Shown: piece by piece, positions 36,721 to 51,224 of the stretch
Layout of the letters: each line of letters opens with the position of its first letter
Numbering within the stretch: position 1 is the stretch's first letter
Origin: Lama guanicoe
Lineage: Eukaryota
Length of the DNA: 64,000 nucleotides
Assembly: GCA_013239625.1 (NCBI GenBank)
Contig: MU054323.1
Span: forward strand, 13,873,950-13,937,949
Direction: 5' to 3'
Translations under genes and position numbers: made by a program
The notes under the pieces: model-generated
Told to the model about the DNA's origin: nothing
Seen by the model: only the letters and a program-made list of their open reading frames with translations
Databases searched by the model: none

Positions 36721-39700
36721 TGTCCATTTTAATAGCTGGAGTGGTAGAAAGGCATTTGCTCAGCTGTAAAAGAATAATTTGCTTTAAGAGTTCCTTAGTG
36801 GATCTCCAAATACACATTTTGAGACTATACTGGTTACATTATTCAGGTGGATAAAATTATGTTTCATGTGAAATTTTTGTTAGTGGTCAAAATAATGAAC
36901 ATAGCAAACCATGGATGCTCTTGTGTATTTTACCAGTCACTTTCTCATATATTCTTTTCTGTTAAGTCTCACCATCATTCTAAGCATTATTACTTTAGGT
37001 ATACTAAATTGTTAAGTTAGTTGGGTGGAATTCAATAGCTGGAATCTTACCAATGTGTAGAATACCATATAGTAACTCCTACATGTTACTTTTTAAATTG
37101 TCTTTTCTAAGGTCACAGAGCTTAATATGTGGCAAAAGCAACCTTGAAACACCCTTGTCCTGTCCTCTTCTAACTCTGCCAATGCACACCTTCTGTAATC
37201 AGTGGCCAACAAATTGTCTGATTTTTCCAAAAGCCTCTTCTAAAACCACATTAAAAAGAAATTAACCTTAAAGGTGTAATAAGGTTAAGTACTGACCTTA
37301 TGACTGAAGAGGCTTGTTCAAATGGCCAAGCCCACATGGCTCAGGGAGTTCAGGCACCAGGCAGATTTTCTGTGAGAATCACAATGAATAAATATTTACC
37401 CCACATTTGGCCCAGTCCACTCCTGGACTGTTTCATTGCCTTTGACATCATTTTGCAGTATTTTCATCTCTACTTACTTAATTTTAGAGAAGTAAAAATT
37501 TAGAAGCCTCATTTAAACCTCACACAGGGGCAAAAATACTTGTCATATGGATTTCTTTATTATTTTTGACCTATTCTAGGTATTCTAGCTAAGACTGTAG
37601 ATCAGGCAAATTTATTTACCCATCAATGGAATAAGTGACTGGTTTTGTAAAATGACATAGATCATAAAAGATCAGTAAGTTGGCTGTTTCTATTTAGATT
37701 ATCTTAGAAGGGCACTAATTTAAGTAAGCCTAACCCAAGCCTTACAGCTGGAAAGTTTCCATTTGCTAGTCATTTTAAGATTTCATTTTTAAGAATGAAA
37801 TTTAGACTATGATATAAAAAAAGAAAAATCTCTTCTGTGTCAGTCTCACACAATCTGTATGTAGAGAGGCATTTTGTTTCAGTTTTTTTCAGGAGAAACT
37901 TAACTGTTCTTCCTTTCTGTAACAAAGAACAGTAAAATATAATGGCAGAGGCAGCTCTTTTTTGTTTCACTTAAGAACTACTGCATTTTAGAAACAGAAG
38001 GAAATAAAATATAAAAGCTATTCTTAATTCTGTCTTTCATTGTTGAACAAAAACAGGGAAAAGATGATTCTGATGTTACTAATGAAAAAATTGTTAGGGA
38101 AAAGAGACTGTAAAAGTGAAGATGAAGGAGTATTTGTGATTTCCTTAAACTGTTCTAAAGTAAAAGAAAAAATAAGGTTTCATTTAAGGTAGGAAAATTA
38201 TAATCTTCCTCCTATAACTATTTCAGGTTTTTAGAAAATGGAAAAAATTAGTGAACTCATTGTTACACCAATGTCCAAAAGATAACCAGAATGACAGTGA
38301 TCCAGAATGTGCCTACTTCTGAATAATCTCCTATTTAAAAAGGGGCAACATGAATCTTCAGGAAATCACGAATTTCCATCTTTGAGCTTAAAGAACAATG
38401 ATGGAAAAAGCCAGGCTTAAATAAAAAAACTTATCCCTAAAAGTGAAGGAAATGTCTAATTAAGAGATCGCTTCATTATTGGAGCTCCTTAGAAATGCTT
38501 TTTGCTATTAAATGCTACTTTTCCTTCACAAATGGTTTAAAAGTCCTATGTAAGATGTATGAAGTCATCCTTAGAAATGACTGTATCCACAGGAAAATTA
38601 GAAGCATACAGCAGTCATAATAGATCAGGAAGGCTTCATGAAGGGAACAAAAGCAGCTCAGCAGGAAATAGACACTTGAAAACAGCAATTTAAAGTTTAC
38701 AGGCATAGGCTGAAGCTTTTAAGAGGTACTTTCATTCTTTGTGTGCTGTTAATCCTTTATTAGGCCATAGAAATGCATTGCACTGAAGAAGCAGTTTCCC
38801 CAGTTAAGCAAACATAATTTTTTTTTCCTCACCAAGTCAGTTAAATGGACAGTTTTTCCTATGTAAATATTTGGGAACAATTAACTAGCCTTTTTATTAA
38901 GGACTTTTAATAGAATGGCTTCCTTACTTCTAGGACCAACTGCAGATATATCAACTCAGTGCAAGAGTATTGAGGAGAATACAGAAGAAAGGTCTTGGGC
39001 AACAGCATGCAGAGGGGCAAGAAATGAGAAAGAAACTAAAAGTAGGGGTTGGTGGCTGGAATTGGAGAATGGCTTGGAAGAGCATCTTTCAGAATACATA
39101 GCAGTGAGGATAGAGAGAAAAGGCTTGGTGAGGTTCTGAGCTGGTTGAGGAGAAGCTGCTCAGTAGAGAGTGCACATTCCTTTGTTGGAGGACAACTCTG
39201 GAACCCTGTGAGTGGCTGGATGGCTCACTAGCCAGACCCTAAGCCCTTCGTGGCTTCTAAGAGCAAACTAGAAATCTGAGGAAGGATAGGGATGAGTTGA
39301 GAGTATTCCTTTCCCAGCCACAATATGAACTTTGTGGCTTTGACTTGGTCTTTCTGAAACACCCTCTTCCAAAATTCTCTCTCTGACTATCCCTCAGGGA
39401 CCTTCACTCCTGTATCCAACATCACTGTGCTCACTTGACCCTCTAGAATTTCTCTGTAATTATAGGAAATACTGAAAGCATGGTCAAGATTTGTGATAGG
39501 AGTACCTAGAAAGCTGTTGACACTTTTTCTCCTGCCCTACTACTCAATTTCTCCCTATGCCCTATTTTTCTCAGCTGTTGATGGCATTCTCTTCCTGTTC
39601 TACTCAGCCTCTTAGTAGCCTTTCCTTCTATTCCTTGTCAAAACCCAACTCATTTTTCAAAATTCAGTTCAAATTCTACCACTTTTTTGTCTTTTCAGTC

Positions 39701-40821
39701 ACAATGAATAGCTTCCTTCTCTGTGTTCCTCTCTCAATTGGTACCTCTATTTTGGAATATAATACCTTATATATTGAATTTAATTTCTTTGTACAGATGT
39801 CATCTGTCCTATTGGGCTGCAGACTTCTTGGGAGCAAGGTCCATACACTGTTCATGACCATGGACTTCATAATATCTAGCACAGTGCCACACACAGTATG
39901 TGTTCAACATATTTTCATAGCCTGATAAAAACTTAAAATATAATTCTTTCCCAAGAGTGTTTTAATTTTAATGTGAGAATTTGCAAAAGATGCAGTACCT
40001 TTGTGATCTAAAGGACTAAACTTCAGTGAAACTTCCAAAATGTGGGGGATAAATTCTGCTAGGAACCTTGTCTGGTGTTCTCCAAATCCTACCACATAAG
40101 GTTTTGTTTTTGTTTTTGTTTTTGTGTTTTGCAATAGTCTTAGCTGTAGTGACTCATGGCATATTTTGAGCACCAGCATTATTTTGCAAATAATTCTTTT
40201 GATGTATTCAGTGTAACTAATCATAACCATATGTATTCGTCAATGATCAGGCTCCCTTAATGACTGATCAGCCACGTAGTAGTTCCAAGTCAAAACATAG
40301 AATGAATTCCTCTGGGTATTTTCTTACAGTGGTAATGTGTGGTTCAGTTTGCTTATATTAAAAACAAATTAACAAAAACAAAACAATCTCTCAGTGGTAG
40401 TGATAGTAATCAGAATAACAAGTTTGTAAACGTGGCTCTTCCCCTACTAGCTGGGAGACTTGTGCATTGGTTCCATTTATTCATTTATTTAATTAATATT
40501 TATTGAGCTCTCACTAAATTCCTGGCACTGGATTAGGGCTTTGAGATGTAATAGTAAAATGTGAGGGCATGGCTATTTCTAGAACTGTTCTGGTAGAACA
40601 GTGAACTTCGATAGGTGGATATAACAAAATTACACAAATTACATAAATATTTTAATCTTGGAAAAATAGTGATTTTAGTTACCTGAGGACAAATTTTAAT
40701 ATCAGTGCCCTATTCATCACTGTTCATCCCTCTCTATCTTAATATTCTGTAAATGTATACATCTTATGTTCTTTTATGAAAAATCTGACATGTATTGACC
40801 ATTTTAATGTTTTAGGTATCA

Positions 40822-41221
40822 TAGTAGGTTGAAGGGTGGCCCCCCAAAAGATGTGCCATGTTCCAGAACTTGTAAATGTGATCTTATTTTGAAATAAGAT
40901 CATTGCATATGTAATGAAGTTAAGGATCTCAAGATGAGATAATTCTGAATTACTCAAGATGGGTTCTAAATTCAGTCACAAATGTCTCCATAGGAGACAA
41001 GAGGCAAAGATGCATAGAGTGGGAGACCATGTGAAGATGGAGGTAGCAGTGGAGTATTGTAGCCACAAGCCAAGGAGTACCTGGAGCCACCAGAACCTGG
41101 AAGTCCTAGAGCCTCTAGAGGGGGCACAACCCTGCTGGCACTTCTAGCCTTCGGAACTGTGAAAGAGTAAATTTATGTTGTTTAAGCCACTCAGTTGTGG
41201 TTACCCTGGGTATTTAATACA
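40822..41221 (+). mobile_element. MLT1 (MaLR) solo LTR, C/D-like
   Basis: gtaggttgaagggtggccccccaaaagat...gttaaggatctcaagatgagat...gccacaagccaagga...tttaagccactcagttgtgg...aataca. Confidence 0.85.
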
Positions 41222-44200
41222 GGCCCCTTCATAGATATTTTAAGTATACTACTATATTTAATCCTGTCTTGATACTTTCTGGATGAAATTAGTCCTAAAA
41301 TTGAGAAAAGGACAAAACCCTAGAGAGGTGGAGAGGTTTCTCATATTCTCATAATGAGACTTGAGTAAACTCCTTTCTGTCTGGCTCCAAAGCCTATACC
41401 CTTTCTACTACCCTAGATACATTCTCATCAGGGCAGGAATTAATAATAATCTCAGATGGATTGTATTGTCCATAACACATTCTTCATCAGTCATTTCATG
41501 GCGCCTGCCAGTATATTCTGGACACCAAACATTCACGTAAAGGCAAGGCTCTGAGTTCATTCTACCTATACTATGTTATTCTATTTTAACTTACTCAATT
41601 TCATCTCAGAATTTCTTTTTAAAATAAAAAATGTTTTCTTCATTGATTTTTATTATTTTTCAGGCACAATTCCCATCCCTTCTTTTCTCTTCAAGCTCAT
41701 AAAAACGTAAATGTCCTATCATAAGCAGATAATGTAGTCTTTGCTGTAGTGTATACTTCAGTCTTTCTGTTCATGTGTGATAATTACATATTTTCCTTGA
41801 ATGTTAAAATAGCACTTTCTTCTTGGTGACTGTATACAATATATAATCTTGTTTTAAAGTTGTTTTCTTTTTTTCAAGTGAGCTGTTTTCTAATCCTGAA
41901 AGCATAGTAGATCAAGTAATATTTTCTCTCTCTCAGGAACATAAAATTCTTCTAGGTTTAAAAAAATTCTAAATAAAAGGTGTTATCCTTTAAATAAACT
42001 CTCACATGTGACATTACTGTCTAATAGAAGTGAATATACCCCATTGCTGAGAAGGCATTTATAGTAACATTTAATGGAAAGGAATGCTTTGTATTTAAAG
42101 TAGTTGGTTGTCATTGATTTCTGATCTTGTCTACAAAAGATTTTATCCCAGTAGGGAATTATTTGTAGTGTTTAAAATTATATTGTCTTACCTTAATTTA
42201 TCCAAGATTTAAAGCAGGTCTGTTAGCCTGACACGTATTGCCAATGTCCTTTGCTGATTATATCCCATTGTTTGGATTCTTCTCAAGTCTTCTCTGATTC
42301 ATAAAGCTGCTCACCATAGCACTGGGGATTATTATTGAAGAGGTAACTTTTGACTAAGTTAAATGGAGGCAAAGGGAGTTTCTAACCTACTTATATTGCT
42401 TACAGAGGAATAATTAAATTGTGGGATAAGAAATTTCAGTGACTTCATAAAAAAATCAATGATCGAGAATAACTGGCTTGGAAGAAGACACAGTTGCAAT
42501 GCAGAAAACATTTTAAAAATGGAAAGGAAAACAATTACCAAACTATGGCATGATTTGTGATTGGTTTTTCCAGGTGTAAGGATGAATTTACTGAGTTATT
42601 TTTCTAGGTTCTACTTTTAGTCAACAATTCAAATAACTTAAAAGGCCATAGAGAGACAAGGAGGGTTCTTGAGATCATGTAGACCACATACCTCTGAATT
42701 TCATAGACATCAGCCATCAGAGTTAAAGATAGTGAAGATGGGATCCATACTTCACTGGCAGGGTGGTCAAACTGATCTGGGTAGACAAAGAGGTTTTGTT
42801 TTAAATTGCCAGATCTGTGTTTTTCCTTCCTCTTTTGAGAGCTTTTGAGTAGACTTCATTCCTCTAAATAAGATACATCATTTTGATTTTCCTGCTATGT
42901 CGACACTAGAGTTGAATGGAGTTCATAAATTAGACCTCTAATGGCAGATAACAGATGGGTTTCGTTAAAGCTCTCAGAACTTTACCTTTACTCCTTCACT
43001 TTTACATGGCTATCCATGCCTAGCTAAGGTGAATTTTGGATTACTTAGCATTTGTACAATTTTATTATTTTTTTTTCATTAAATGCCAAGTAGGCCAAGA
43101 AATATTGGAGACTTAGAATAGTTTCATCCACTTTTTGCCTAAACTGTTTCATGGACCCCTGCCCAAGCCACACTGGCTAGTCTGTTTTCTGGCTCACCTC
43201 ACTTGTAAAGTTTTGGGGTATTGCTGATCTTGGTGGTGCTGTTGGAAGGAGTCATTGTACTTTAGTAGTTGTTTTAAACTGCTTGGGAATTGCTTCATGC
43301 AAAGGATGAAAGGGGAAACAGATCCAATTATAACAAGGAAAGACTCTTCTGGTAATCATTCTTTTGGTTCCTAATTGCTTGACAGTTCATGAAGCCCATC
43401 TAGGACATTGGAGTCTGAATGACTCCTTTTATCTCTCTCTCTATCTATATATTTGTATCTATATCTATATATAGATATATCCTCTTGAGGGTTGAATGAC
43501 ATTTTCATGGTGTATACCAAAGGTATGGAAATGAAATCAGTTTTCCCTTGTGGGGAAGAATATTTTATCGTTGACATTGTTTAGAATTTTGGATATGTAG
43601 TGATTATGAAAAGGAAGCCAATTTTAGTTGATATTATTTCTGTTTTTTTCTCTAAATATGACAGTACCCTCACAGTTGGTATGCTACTGGTGAGTTATGT
43701 AAACATAGAGAAAAGATATATCTGATCTCTTTAAGTAGCATATTTATTTAAAGCTAGAGACTGGAGCACATTATATTTATAACATATTTTAATGTGCAGT
43801 GACTAAATTTGTATGTGTGTTTTAGGTTTGCTCAAACAGACATTGAGACTCACATAGATCATTTTTGGCATCAACCTAACAAAAAGAATATAGGAAAGAA
43901 ACTATATCTTGCTAACAGAGCAAAGTTAGACATTTCTCTTCTATAGGAGTCCTTGCAGTATTTCATGCAGCCAACAGAAGTTATCTCCTTCCAGGTGATA
44001 GCTTAGGTACAAGGAAATGAGATTCACATTAAATAAGTGCCAGAGCCTCCCTTAGTTAAAAGTCTCATGTTCCACAAGAACCAAAATATCTTGTGTTACC
44101 TCCATAAGCATTGCTTCCTGGGGCAATTAAAGAGCCACGTCTGGATGTAAGAGTCATTATTCTCAGGGAAACCCAAAGCATGTGTCTTCATGAAGTCTTG

Positions 44201-44589
44201 CCATCAGGAATGATTTTTCTTTATGGTTCCTCTCAGTCCAGATGAGGTCTACCAATCAGGAATCATTTTGGCCATAATCAGTATTGCCTTGTGACAGAGT
44301 TGACATAGTATCCTTATCTGGTCCCTAGGGAAACAAAGCTAGAGAGTTAATCAAAATATCAAATTCTCATGAAGTAGGGGAAGGAGTTTTGTTAAATCAT
44401 TGCCCATATTGGGTCATAGAGAGTCAAATTTGGCCACCCAAGTCAATGAACATGCCTTATTAAAATGGTAATTTATTTTCTTAATTGGATAATTACCTTT
44501 TGTTAGACTCAGCTTAGAGACAATAGACAAAAATATATTTTATTTATTCACATATTGTCTTTCATTCCTATTCTACAACCTTATTTTTT

Positions 44590-44615
44590 TAAACATTTTT
44601 ATTGAGTTATAGTCA
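44590..44615 (-). mobile_element. Ultra-short (26 bp) LINE-1 3'-terminus insertion
   Basis: taaacatttttattgagttatagtca matches the L1 terminus at about 51276-51301 (taacattttttattgatttataatca). It is flanked by the direct repeat tacaaccttatttttt at 44574-44589 and 44616-44631. Confidence 0.85.
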
Positions 44616-46589
44616 TACAACCTTATTTTTTCACTATACATAATTGATTTTATTCTCAGTGCTTCCCAAATATTTTATATGTACCAAAATAGTATTTTTC
44701 TTTTAGTGAATACAATGTATACTTCTCAGAATACATCAGAATGATTCATTGGGGGTTGTTTGTTTTCCTATCCTGTAACTATCTTAAGAGTTGAATCATG
44801 ATGATAAAAATACAAGATTAGTCCTTAATACAGAGCCCTAAAATCAAACTGCAAATATCCAATGCTTTAGGTGTATGGACCTATCCTAGGAGTGTTGAAG
44901 TTTGCACATGCACTTTATAAAATGATGGTGTTTCTTGTAAATATTGTTAAGGCAAATATTTTATTTCAGCCTGTTATAAGGAAGAAAAGATTGTGGAATA
45001 TTTTCCTTTGTTTTCCTTCCTACTAGAAGAAATAGAAATTCTTGCATTCCTTTCATTTACGAGTGAATATAGCCTTGGGATTCATGGACTCCAGAATAGC
45101 ATGTAAGCACAGTGTGATGATCCTCCCAGGAAGGCCAGCACTTATCAAACACCTGTTATTGGATCTCTGTAATTTTGACCCTGTAATTCTAAAGATTTAA
45201 GAAATTTAGATATGCACATGCTAAGAACATTAAAATATGGTATAAAAACCAGAAGAATAGGGATTATTTTGTCTGAGACAGAGAAAAAGTAACCAACTGG
45301 ACATGTACAAATCTGAACATTTCTAACTTTTATAATTTACTAAAATCTATAATGAAGTGTGTGCTATGTTCTCTATCTAGAGAACAATTATCTTATATGT
45401 TCCTTATTGTATTAAAAGCAGACCTAGGGTGCATTCTTGGAAGTGAGGTAAACAGTTATAAAATTTGTTCATTATGCTTACTGAATACTGCTTTCTTTTT
45501 GGGTTAACTGTGTGCATGTTAACACTTGTATTGACAAATGACGTTTAGTGGAAGGAGATAAATTCAAATCATAATGGAAATGTTTTTCCATAACTAGACA
45601 ACCAACTATTAGAAAATGATACAGGATAGCATATAATTTATTGTGAAGATGTGGTAAAACTGGTATAAAATGTATGGCATCAACAAGCATCTTAGGAAGC
45701 TCTGTTCTTTAAATTGACCTGTTCCATCTCTGGGAATGAGTAAGTAAAGGAACTATGATATGTGTCATGAAATACAACATACCATTGAGTTGTGTGATGG
45801 ATGTCTCCCTACCAGGAATTGGATATTAAAAATTGTATTTATAGAGGATGGTAATGTTGTCTCCATTGCTCATGTAGAAAATGCTCCATTTGTACAAAAT
45901 ACTAAAATCCTTTCATTTACCTGATTTTATCTGATTAATTTTTTCTTCTATGGCCATTTGAGTTCTGAACATTTTCTGTATTTATTTAATCATTTTCTTT
46001 AGTAATTCTGCTAACATTTATTGCCTACCTATTATGTGTGAGACATCATTTTTAAGACTTGATAGTTTGAGGGATAGGAGAAGGATGAATACTTGCCATA
46101 TCCCCACTCCCAGGAATTTTTTATCTACCTTCATTTGTATGCATACATACATGTCTGTATTTTGTCATTTAGAGTAAGAGGAGAGAGAGGGATAAATGAG
46201 GGAAATCGAATGAGATAAAGTCCAAACCAGTATAAATTGCTTTGGTTTAAAAATGAAGAAAGTAGTCCAACAAGTGGACAATATTTTTGAATAAAATTCT
46301 CTAATCATAGAATTGTGGCCAGATTAAGAAAGGTTAACTCATTATACAAAATTAAATGGATTGTTTACTTCATGTTTTAAAATACCCAAAGAGAGGGGTT
46401 CATACTGCATTCTGACCAGAAGAAACAAATTTACTGAATGGATACTTTTTTTCCCTCTAACTTTAAACTTCTAAATATTTCTAAGAAGTAATTAGAAAAA
46501 GGTGTAGAGTTATTTGCAAATGCCTCAAAGATAGGAGAAAAAAAGGTAAACACAACACTTAGATTTCAATTTGTTTCAGTAGGACCTTT

Positions 46590-46900
46590 GTCATTATTCA
46601 TATTTTAGCTTAAATGCTGCTTCTTCAGATAGGACATCACTTACTCCCAATCCAAATGACACTTGCTTCATCATTGTCTATTATATTACCATATTATTCT
46701 GTTTTATTTTCTTTGTAGATACATAATCTCATATTATTACTTGTTTACTTGTGTATAATTTAACCTCCCAAATTTGGATATAAATTCTGTCAGAAGAGTA
46801 ATTTTGTCAGTGATTTTCACCACTGTATTCTCAAGTGCCTGAGAAGTTTTCAGTAAATATTTGTTGAGGAAATAAATATGAATGAATAAATGAATTTATA
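46590..46900 (+). mobile_element. L2 LINE 3' end
   Basis: ttcaccactgtattctcaagtgcct...cagtaaatatttgttga...tgaatgaataaatgaat. Confidence 0.7.
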
Positions 46901-47249
46901 GCAAAAACATTGAAATCACGTTGAGATAATTTTAGCTCAAGTCCTGCATTAATTGCATATACACAGATAGAGGGAGCTTATGTTGACATTCTTTCAGCTG
47001 TCAAGTTTTAATTTAGGACTTGCTGTGTGAAGAACAAAAACCAAAGAACAATATTATGATTTTAATTGATCTTAAGCCTAAAAGGAACCAATGGCTACTA
47101 ATATGTGAATGAGCACCATGAATTAAAATATTCTGTCTTGAATAAGGGAGATAATAGCCTCGTTATGTTTTGTACTAATCAGAAATTTTCTTAAGAATTG
47201 TGTTTAAATGAGGTCAGATAAACTATGCTGTGTTCAGAATATCACTGTC

Positions 47250-47850
47250 AGGATGATGAGGAATCTAGAAATCGACTAAATTTGGAGATGTTTTAGGGGA
47301 TTAACCTGAAAAATTAGAAGACAGAGTTCAAAGCAATCACTGCTGCTGAAAAGTGACTGATGAATCCTGGAAACAAGAGAGCCAGAAAGAAGAAACTCCA
47401 AGTTTTGTGTATAAACTCTGTCCAAAGCTCTGGCTGACCCCTGAAATATGCATGTAAAGGGCAAACTACAGGTAGGTTAGTTAAGGACAAATGATTTGAA
47501 TTAAGATTTGAAAATGATGCTAACCAAGAGACAGAGTTTGCAGTTTGAGTTTAGCCAAGTAAACTATAAAAGCAAAAAAACAAACAAACAAACAAACAAA
47601 AACCCAACTAAAACAAAAAATCAACATTCTCCAGAGGAATATAACAGAATCTGGAGTCTCTGCAGCATACCAGCCTGATACCAATAAGCAAGTATTTTAA
47701 AGCAGCTGTCATAACTGTGCTAAAGAACGTGAAGGAGAACATGATCACAGTAAAGTGAACATTAGAAAATCTAAACAGAGAAATAGAGAAACTATAGAAA
47801 GAACCAAACAAATTCTAGAACTAACAAATAGTATATATTCAATAATGAAA
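47250..47850 (+). mobile_element. Old L1 5'UTR / ORF1 coiled-coil remnant
   Basis: ttttaaagcagctgtcataact...gaaaatctaaacagagaaataga...aaattctagaact is typical of the L1M ORF1 N-terminus. Confidence 0.65.
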
Positions 47851-47924
47851 CAGTAATTTACTTTTAGAATCTCTAGTTGCTTATTACTCACCTCACTGTT
47901 AAGAATTTAAAAATGTTTAAAAAA

Positions 47925-48055
47925 TGATTTTTTGTGGGGAGGGAGGTAATTAGGTCTATCTATTTACTTATTTTTAGAGGAGGTAAGGGGGAGTGAACCC
48001 AGGACCTCATTCATGCTAAGCATGTGCTCTACCACTTGGACTATACCTTCTCCCC
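47925..48055 (-). mobile_element. tRNA-Ala-derived SINE (Vic-1-like)
   Basis: Reverse complement ggggagaaggtatagtccaagtggtagagcacatgcttagcatgaatgaggtcctgggttcactcccc...acctaattacctccc. Confidence 0.9.
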
Positions 48056-48800
48056 AGAAATTTCGTGATATTTTGATTATATTTGGCTCAGTATTTGAGC
48101 AATGCTCAAATCTTGTCTTAGGATATTCCAGGTTTCTTAATTGATTCAGTATACTGCACAAATGGTAGTGCAAAACAGCAAATTAGTACCTGGCCAGTCA
48201 CTCTTAATCACAATTTTTAATGTCTTTTATTGACTGTGTTAGAGAATATAGTTTAGGCCCAAAGAAAAGCAGAACCCTTCTTTTCCTCTAAGTCTTAATT
48301 TTAATAATCACTGTCCTTAAAACCTGATGTGATGGTAATTTATTTTGTGTGGTTTCTGTGTATGTGAAGAAAAATAGAATAGCTATATCCCAAGAGGGTA
48401 CCCTCAGAGAGATTGTCACTTTGAAGGAGAATGAGTCTGCCTATCAGTAGAGGTGATCAGATCATAATTCTGAATCTGAACAGTTAGTGCAATAACTTCT
48501 CTCCCTTGTTGAATAGAGGAGGAAATGAATACAGAGGCAAAAGAGTTTTCTTTTTCCCACTACTAACACCCACAGCTACTTGGGAAGTGAATTCTATGTC
48601 CACTTAGCTACTTTAACTCTTCTCTCTAAAGCCATCGGTGTCTACTTAATCTCTGAATCCGTTGTCTTGTCTAAGTTCTCTACTGGCTTTCATGGCACAT
48701 TAGTGTTTCTCCTTTTTCCTTAGATGTTGTTTCACTATATGCCTTAGCAGTGTTGTCTTCCCTGCCACCAAATGTAGGCTATAGCCTTGGATTGGTATTT

Positions 48801-48932
48801 TTTAATTTGAAGTATAGTAGTTGTGTTAATTTCTGGTGTACAACACAGTGATTCTGATATATATATATATATATATTCCTTTTCATAATAAGCTATTACA
48901 AGATATTGAATATAGTTCCTTTGCTCTACAGT
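48801..48932 (-). mobile_element. Short LINE-1 3' end with internal (TA)n
   Basis: Homologous to 5850-6012. Degenerate TSD cttggattggtattt (48786-48800) / cttagactgatattt (48933-48947), matching at 12/15 with all differences transitions. Confidence 0.85.
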
Positions 48933-50454
48933 CTTAGACTGATATTTAATCTTTGTTTTTGGCTTAAAGTTATTACCTAAGAAGGCTTATATATTGCTTT
49001 CTTTCATTCATTTTCAGGGTTCCAACTAACCTTCCTAAGTGAATGGTTTGAAAAATAGAAATCTCTTCTTGGCTCTCCTGATTTTCTTTAAATTTTTTTG
49101 TTCCTTCTTGATCTCCTTTGATGTCCATCTCTGAGTGGGTCTCTTACTTTACTGTGTTTAGAGCATCTTATTTACCTTCATAAAACTTTACTCAATTTTT
49201 AATACACATTATCTTTATATATTTTTGTCTATCACCCCTACTCTAACTAGATTATTAGCACCATAATGTCATAGACAATGATTTGTCTTTTTACTCCATC
49301 TCCAACACAATGTCAGATACTCTATTAGAGGCTCAGTTATTAGTTGTTAAGAATATAAATAAATGAATACACAAAGTATTTTAACTTGAATATCTCTTCT
49401 AGTAGATAATGAGTTTTTTGAGGAATATATGGTGTTTTATTTTTCTTTATATACCTATTTTTTATTATCATGCTGATACTTATCACATAGTATACTTATT
49501 GTTAAACTAAAAATTATGAGATAAAAGTATGTATGTGAAGAGGGAAGGAGAGAGTAATCTGGGAAATGGTGAAAGAGACAATTTTGCAAAGAATCTGCAA
49601 CTGCTTAAAGGCGGTTTTACGTTATTCTGAGCGAAGGGAACAGGGATTCAGGCAAATTGATTAAGGTATATTCACGTTTTTACTCATCATAAGTATGGCA
49701 AATCTCCTTTTTAACATACTGTTTTACATATTTTTCTCATAAAAAGGTAGAATTACTTATACTTAAAATTACATGGTAATGAGTACCTCATACCTACAAT
49801 TAACAAAAATAGATGGAAATGTAACTTGTGAATTAGAGGGAAGCTGAGGGTGGTAGGGTGTGGTGGTATACGTAAGTACTATTTGGTAAGTTCATTTCAT
49901 TTCTGGGAATGTGGCCAAATGGGCCTTGTGATCTTTCTTTTTTAGATCAACTTTTCAAAAAGACAGTATTAAAGTATATTAAATCCATCACACAATTCAG
50001 TAATATTTACATGTAAAAAAGCAAATTTTAAATCAGAAATAAGGTTATCAGTAAACAAAGGAGTATAAAAGTTGAATTTGATCATTTAAAGGCAGAAGAT
50101 TCTTTTTCCCATTTCCTTAAACAATATTCTGGATCTTTATACCATGAATGAATTTAAATCAATCAAATGTCATTTGTACTCTCTATGAATCTTAAAACTC
50201 TTATAGGAAACTGGATAGAAATGTTTAGCCCTGTGGTTCAGGAGAACATACTGTCCATGAAGCCTGACTGGGCATCTGTCTTTGGTATCTCTTGCTGTAA
50301 GTTCTCAGTTCTCAGGTCCTGTCCTGGCATGACATGTCTCTGTCTTCGGTCAGCTGGCTATAATGATTTTATTTTCTGTAGCCCCTGTTCTTGGTGTACA
50401 CTTGTGATCAGGGGTTTTGTCTTTACCAGATACAATGGCCAGCTCCATCACCCA

Positions 50455-50811
50455 GTGTTCTAAGTGTTTGTGTCCTCATGAAATTCATATGTTGAAATCC
50501 TAGCCCCCAATGTAATGAAATTAGGAGATGAGGCCTTTGGCAGACAATCATGTCATGAAGCTGGAGACCTCATAATTGGGATTATTGCCCTTATTAGAAG
50601 AGTTTGCTAGCTCCCTTTCTTCTCTCCGTCATGTGACGATACAACCATAAGACAGTTATTTGCAATCTAGAAAGTGGTTTCTCACCAAATACTGGATCTC
50701 AACAGACTTGGACTTCCCAGTCTCCTGAACTGTAATAAATAAATGTTTGCTGTGTAAGCCACCCAGTCTGGTAATTTGTTATTATAGCAGTCTAAACTAA
50801 GAACTAAGACA
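50455..50811 (+). mobile_element. MLT1A-like MaLR solo LTR
   Basis: tgtttgtgtcc...aaattcatatgttgaaatccta...ttggacttcccag...aaataaatgtttgctgtgtaagccacccagtct...actaagaca. Confidence 0.85.
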
Positions 50812-50836
50812 TCCACTTCTCCCTTTTCTCTTCTAT

Positions 50837-50870
50837 TCTGAATTCTACTCTGAATTCTCCTCTGAATTCT
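50837..50870. repeat. 12-bp-period tandem repeat, 3 copies
   Basis: tctgaattct at 50837, 50849 and 50861. Confidence 0.9.
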
Positions 50871-51224
50871 CTATACAGCTTTTTCCATGTTGTCAGTCTT
50901 AGGGGTTTGGGCATTCTTTCTGCCTTACAATTCAAATTTGATGAGCTTCTAACACTTCACACCTTTGACTTAGACCAAAAACCTTCTGGAACACTGGACC
51001 ATCTTAGTTTGTCAATTTTGATGAAGTTGGAATCATCCCAAGCAAGAGGGCTGGCCTGACACAGTTGCCTTATGTGTGAGGTTACTATAAGCCTCTCCTT
51101 AGAGGTTGTAAATAGTCAGGCATAGAGGGAGAGCTTCTGCAGAGGGCTCTGAGAGTCAGTGAGAAACTTTGAAGACTGAAGCTTTGTTTCTTGGGAGTCA
51201 GAGCTCCCCAGTCTACTCTTGTTC

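Noticed and set aside
50837..50870. Heat-shock element in the tctgaattct repeat
   Set aside because: The GAA/TTC spacing does not fit alternating nGAAn pentamers.
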